From the UHGV virus genome UHGV-0070883: a DNA stretch of 35,189 bases. One strand, 5' to 3'. The notes under the pieces are model-generated. The model ran no database searches, was not told the origin of the DNA, and saw nothing but the letters and a program-made list of their open reading frames with translations. A program made the translations under genes and the position numbers. This stretch comes from a virus. Below, piece after piece: positions 31,664-35,189 of the stretch. Within the stretch, counting starts at the first letter, position 1, and each line of letters opens with the position of its first letter.

Positions 31664-32128
31664 ATGAATAATTATTACGTCGCTTCCGACTCAAACAATG
31701 CTGAGGGGCCTTACTCTTTTGAAGAACTAGAAGCCATGTTCAAAGAAGGGAAAATCTTCTCCGAAACGCTTGTTTGCCCTGAAGGGGGGCAAGAGTGGTT
31801 TTCTTTTGGAAGTGTGTATAATCATTACAGAGAAGAAATGCTATTAGAGAAAAAACAAGAACTGAATAAGCAACTGGAAACACAAAAAAGCGATGCAGAA
31901 CTTTTTCTAGAACTTTTTCTAGAACTTTTCCGAACAGTTGAAGATATATTTCGTTTTGTAGGCATAATTGCCCTAATTGCTGGATTTATATTGTTTTGGA
32001 ACAACCTGACAGAAAGGCAACCCGAAATAGGCCTTATTTACTTGGTTTCCGGGGCCTTCTCCTGCCTCGTCTGCTTCTGGTTTGCGAAGGTTCTGACATT
32101 GCTTCAAAAGATCGCCGACAAGAAATAA
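31664..32128 (+). CDS. GYF_2 (DUF4339)-like N-terminal domain membrane protein (154 aa), low GC; candidate moron
   Basis: NNYYVASDSNNAEGPYSFEELEAMFKEGKIFSETLVCPEGGQEWFSF matches the GYF_2 pattern (..YY.. GP.s.eEl......G.i...tlVw.eGm.eW.p). Two C-terminal TM helices. Markedly AT-rich compared with the neighbours. Confidence 0.5.
   Translation: MNNYYVASDSNNAEGPYSFEELEAMFKEGKIFSETLVCPEGGQEWFSFGSVYNHYREEMLLEKKQELNKQLETQKSDAELFLELFLELFRTVEDIFRFVGIIALIAGFILFWNNLTERQPEIGLIYLVSGAFSCLVCFWFAKVLTLLQKIADKK
31898..31931 (+). repeat. 12-nt tandem repeat (ctttttctagaa x2.6) encoding ELFLELFLELF
   Basis: Seen directly inside the GYF_2 gene. Confidence 0.8.
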
Positions 32129-32183
32129 ATAAACCACTAACCATTTTACAAGCAGCAGGAACCACGACATCACCATCAATGAT

Positions 32184-34328
32184 TTGCTGGATCTCAAGCC
32201 GTCCCGCCTGACCCACGACCAGCAAAGTTTTGCCGCCTCCACCATTACCGCGGTTTATCCCGTCCGAACGCTGGGGGAAGTCTTGCCCTTCCGGCAATTC
32301 GACACCGTCACCATCTCCCAAAACGGGAACACCATTCTTGCGGGCCTCGTTTCCAGCATCGAAAAGACCTACAGCGGTTCATCCCGTGCCTGGAAAATCG
32401 TCTTTTCCGATCCCTGGTATTACCTGGACAACTGCTTTGCCCTGGATTCCGAATGGAAGCCGGTCTTTTCGATGTGGCAAAGCACCGGCGGCGGAAATGA
32501 AATCATCCCTAAAATAAGCATTTCCTCCGCCCTTTCCCGGGTGCTGAATCTGGCCAAACACCACCCCGCGGACTACGAAATGCGGATCAGCGACGACAAA
32601 ATGCTGATCCCATGGAACACCTCATGCGACACCCTTGGAAGTCTGCTCCAATCCATCCGCCACTGGTCGCCCCGCATGGTCACGTACTACGACTACAGTG
32701 GCGCGCGGCCCAAGCTGATCATCACGGACTATGACGTCCTGACGCCTATCTCCCTGCCATTGCAGCCCTCCAACGATGTTAAAGCCATGGACGTTTCCCT
32801 TGTCCCACGCGCCGACCTCGTGCCTCCCTGCGTGGCGATTGTCGCCGAAACCACCGGAAGCAACGGCTATCGCGTCTCTTACCTGTCCAAATACCCGGAA
32901 GACGGAGACCCGACCTTACCGCATTCCATCGTTTACCGAACGTCCGTAGACTTCTATTATTCTAAGTTTAATTCTACAGGAGAACCGGTAGAAGATCCTC
33001 AACCGGTACAGGGAACCAGGGCCGGCAGTCTGTCCTACCAGCGCATGAAAGTGACGGGGACCCGGATTGACCAGAACGACATGATCAACAGTTTCTGGAA
33101 AAATCATTTCCCATGGATGAAAGACGTTGGAGCCATTGCGGCCTATGACCCAACTCCGGAAATCACCGGGAAGCCCTGGGACGGAACGGAGGAAGACAAG
33201 CCGAAAGGCTATAATACCACGGCCACGGGCTATGAACTGACGGACGGACAAATTCATACCAAATCCATCCGGCCGCAGTGGTGCAATGCCACCATCAAGC
33301 AGCGTCTCGCCATCCCGGAAAGCGCCCCTGCCAAGTGGCGGGAGAAATTCAAGAATGTGGGGACCTTGCAGGGTGTGCCCTGCTTTTGGGAAGAATTCTC
33401 GGTGGATCTGGTCACCATGGACCGCCCCTTTGCGAGCTACCCCATCGACGGCATCTACAACGGGGAGCAGCCCTCCAACGGGCCGGAAGAAGGGGAATCG
33501 CCGGAACCGTCGGAAGGAGTGCCCTATGGGGACATTGCCAAAACGGTGTGGGAATCCATGCAGGAATTGCCCTGGGACGGATCTATATCCTTTGTCGCGC
33601 TGGGGGATGCTCAAACGCGTCAATACATGGGCCGCCGCGTCTCCCTGCTGGGAGGAAATCCCGCATGGCAGAATATTAACACCATGATACAGACGGTGAA
33701 CCGCGACCTGCAGACCAACGTCATTACGTTGTCCTACGGCGCGCCGGAACAGCTGGGAATTGAAGAATGGGTAGAATTGAAGCGCGTGAATGCCACATCA
33801 CGCAGATCCTCCACGCTGGAAAACATGCAGGGCGCGCCGGAATCGACGGAATACGCCTTTGACCCCAAGCCGGAATCCCCGACCATCAGCCAGCACATCA
33901 CGACGGCGACGGGGGAAGCCACGCCCGCGCCGGAATACGGCTTCCAGGTGCGGGTGCAGAAAGATACTGAGGGAGCCGTCACCGGGGCGCAAATCAAGCC
34001 CGGCGCGCTCTACCTGAACGGAAATCTGCTCGGCAAATACCCGCAGGGGGGCAGTTCCGGGTCCTCGTGGGTGCAGCTCACCCAAACCAGCGGGGAAGTA
34101 TGGCTCAACGTTCACTTTGACCAGGACGCCAAATTGACGGGCGTTGACGTCTCCGGCATTCCGGGGACGGTGTACCCAATCATGCTTGCCGAAGAAAAAC
34201 CGGGCGTCAACTTCGACTATTCCTTCCTGATTGCCGACATCGAAGATGACCAGGTGACGCAATACGCCCTGGGAATGATACAGATCCCGGTCTTCGGAGG
34301 AACCTTCTACCCCTACGGACCAGCATAA
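32184..34328 (+). CDS. Large tail protein (714 aa; distal tail, tip or host-specificity protein by position after the TMP), TTG start
   Basis: Long ORF immediately downstream of the TMP and the moron. No catalytic motif recognised. Confidence 0.5.
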   Translation: MLDLKPSRLTHDQQSFAASTITAVYPVRTLGEVLPFRQFDTVTISQNGNTILAGLVSSIEKTYSGSSRAWKIVFSDPWYYLDNCFALDSEWKPVFSMWQSTGGGNEIIPKISISSALSRVLNLAKHHPADYEMRISDDKMLIPWNTSCDTLGSLLQSIRHWSPRMVTYYDYSGARPKLIITDYDVLTPISLPLQPSNDVKAMDVSLVPRADLVPPCVAIVAETTGSNGYRVSYLSKYPEDGDPTLPHSIVYRTSVDFYYSKFNSTGEPVEDPQPVQGTRAGSLSYQRMKVTGTRIDQNDMINSFWKNHFPWMKDVGAIAAYDPTPEITGKPWDGTEEDKPKGYNTTATGYELTDGQIHTKSIRPQWCNATIKQRLAIPESAPAKWREKFKNVGTLQGVPCFWEEFSVDLVTMDRPFASYPIDGIYNGEQPSNGPEEGESPEPSEGVPYGDIAKTVWESMQELPWDGSISFVALGDAQTRQYMGRRVSLLGGNPAWQNINTMIQTVNRDLQTNVITLSYGAPEQLGIEEWVELKRVNATSRRSSTLENMQGAPESTEYAFDPKPESPTISQHITTATGEATPAPEYGFQVRVQKDTEGAVTGAQIKPGALYLNGNLLGKYPQGGSSGSSWVQLTQTSGEVWLNVHFDQDAKLTGVDVSGIPGTVYPIMLAEEKPGVNFDYSFLIADIEDDQVTQYALGMIQIPVFGGTFYPYGPA

Positions 34329-34340
34329 TCCGACAACATC

Positions 34341-35096
34341 ATGATCAGAATTTACCTATTCACTTATGCCGGCGACGCCGATGAAGCTCTCGTATGCGTC
34401 CGGTGCGCTGCGGCGGCCCTCCCGGAAGCCGTCATCACGGTAGTGGACGATGAAGCCGACCCCATTGCCGAACGCGCCAGAACCGCCCTTGTTGAAGCCG
34501 GGGCCCGGTATTGTCAAACCAGCTGGCCAAGGAACGGCAACCTGCGCGGGCCGGACTGCGTCCGTGGCATCATTTCCACGCTGGACGGGGAAGCGGAGGA
34601 CGAAGACATCATCGTCAAAATCGACTCCGATACGCTCCTGTTGTCGGGCGACTGGATCCGAGACATGCAGCGCCATAGGCTAGCTCTTCACGCCTCCGGA
34701 TACCAGGTCCCCAGCCACCCTTCCGAACGCTCTGCCTATGGGCCGTGTTACGCCATCAGCGGACAGGCGGCCAGACTGGCGGCGGAGGAACTGGAACAGG
34801 CTGACCTTCCTCCGCTCGCCCCGGAAGACCTCACCATCTGCCGGGCGGTTCAGAAACACTTCCCCACGGAACAAATCCGCCTTGATGAACCGTGGACGCC
34901 CTTTTACCGGGAAGGGAAGTGGACGGCCTGGAACTGGTTCAGCATCGCCGTGACTCCGCAGAAATACGCGGATTTCTGGATGGTTACCTTCGGCAACCCC
35001 CGTCCCACGAACATCCCGAAATCCGAGCGGGCCCGCGCGATGGACGCCTTGTTCCGCTACCGTTTCCCGCAAAACGAAGACGGATCATCTTGTTGA
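34341..35096 (+). CDS. Glycosyltransferase family 2-like protein (GT-A fold; DxD-like DSD motif)
   Basis: IRIYLFTYAG resembles the GT2 VSVIIPTYN strand, AVITVVDDEADP resembles EIIVVDDGSTD, NGNLRGPDCVRGI resembles NGGxSxARNxGI, and IIVKIDSDTLL resembles the DxD-containing strand. It is the last gene before the AT-rich end of the window. Confidence 0.45.
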   Translation: MIRIYLFTYAGDADEALVCVRCAAAALPEAVITVVDDEADPIAERARTALVEAGARYCQTSWPRNGNLRGPDCVRGIISTLDGEAEDEDIIVKIDSDTLLLSGDWIRDMQRHRLALHASGYQVPSHPSERSAYGPCYAISGQAARLAAEELEQADLPPLAPEDLTICRAVQKHFPTEQIRLDEPWTPFYREGKWTAWNWFSIAVTPQKYADFWMVTFGNPRPTNIPKSERARAMDALFRYRFPQNEDGSSC

Positions 35097-35189
35097 CGTC
35101 ACCAACATGATCTTAATCTTGTAATGTAGGAAAGAAACTGTACAAAATACTTAACATTATTCGTATAAGTATATTATAATCATGAAAAA

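Noticed and set aside
35097-35189. Right attachment site (attR) in the AT-rich tail of the window.
   Set aside because: No copy of the tRNA 3' end or of the 22-bp arm repeat is present here. Only a lone TGTACA was seen. attR is presumably beyond the window.

Overview
The window reads as an almost complete temperate tailed-phage (siphovirus-like) prophage. It is entered through the 3' end of a host tRNA gene at the left edge and has no right boundary inside the window. Gene order left to right:

- **Left attachment junction:** a partial tRNA 3' end, two 22-bp direct repeats, an intrinsic terminator and a tyrosine integrase at 144-1340.
- **Lysogeny switch:** a leftward XRE-type repressor and a rightward RHH regulator, around a non-coding stretch that carries an 18-C homopolymer.
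- **AT-rich early region:** small hypothetical genes.
- **Recombination module:** RecT, a YqaJ exonuclease and a PD-(D/E)xK protein.
- **Translationally coupled operon:** duplicated micropeptide/Cys4 cassettes, an ASCH-domain protein, a small SAM-dependent methyltransferase and a second PD-(D/E)xK protein.
- **Replication-associated gene**, followed by a reverse-oriented two-gene insert.
- **Late genes:** TerS, TerL, a phage-encoded tRNA-Arg(CCU), portal, a Mu gpI-like protease/scaffold, lambda D-like and E-like head proteins, head completion proteins, a collagen-like fibre, a lysis cassette (membrane proteins and an Amidase_3 endolysin), a tail protein with tandem Ig/BACON-like domains, a chaperone, a tape measure protein, a large distal tail protein and a terminal GT2-like glycosyltransferase.

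The lysis cassette carries a low-GC Dam-family methyltransferase with an in-frame 9-bp x10 tandem repeat. A low-GC GYF_2-domain membrane protein sits just after the tape measure gene.

No CRISPR array, rRNA or obvious transposase was seen. Several late genes have conserved coding sequence upstream of their first canonical start codon. Many long ORFs on the - strand in the high-GC late region are treated as artefacts. All functional calls rest on remembered family motifs and sequence-level reading, not on database searches.
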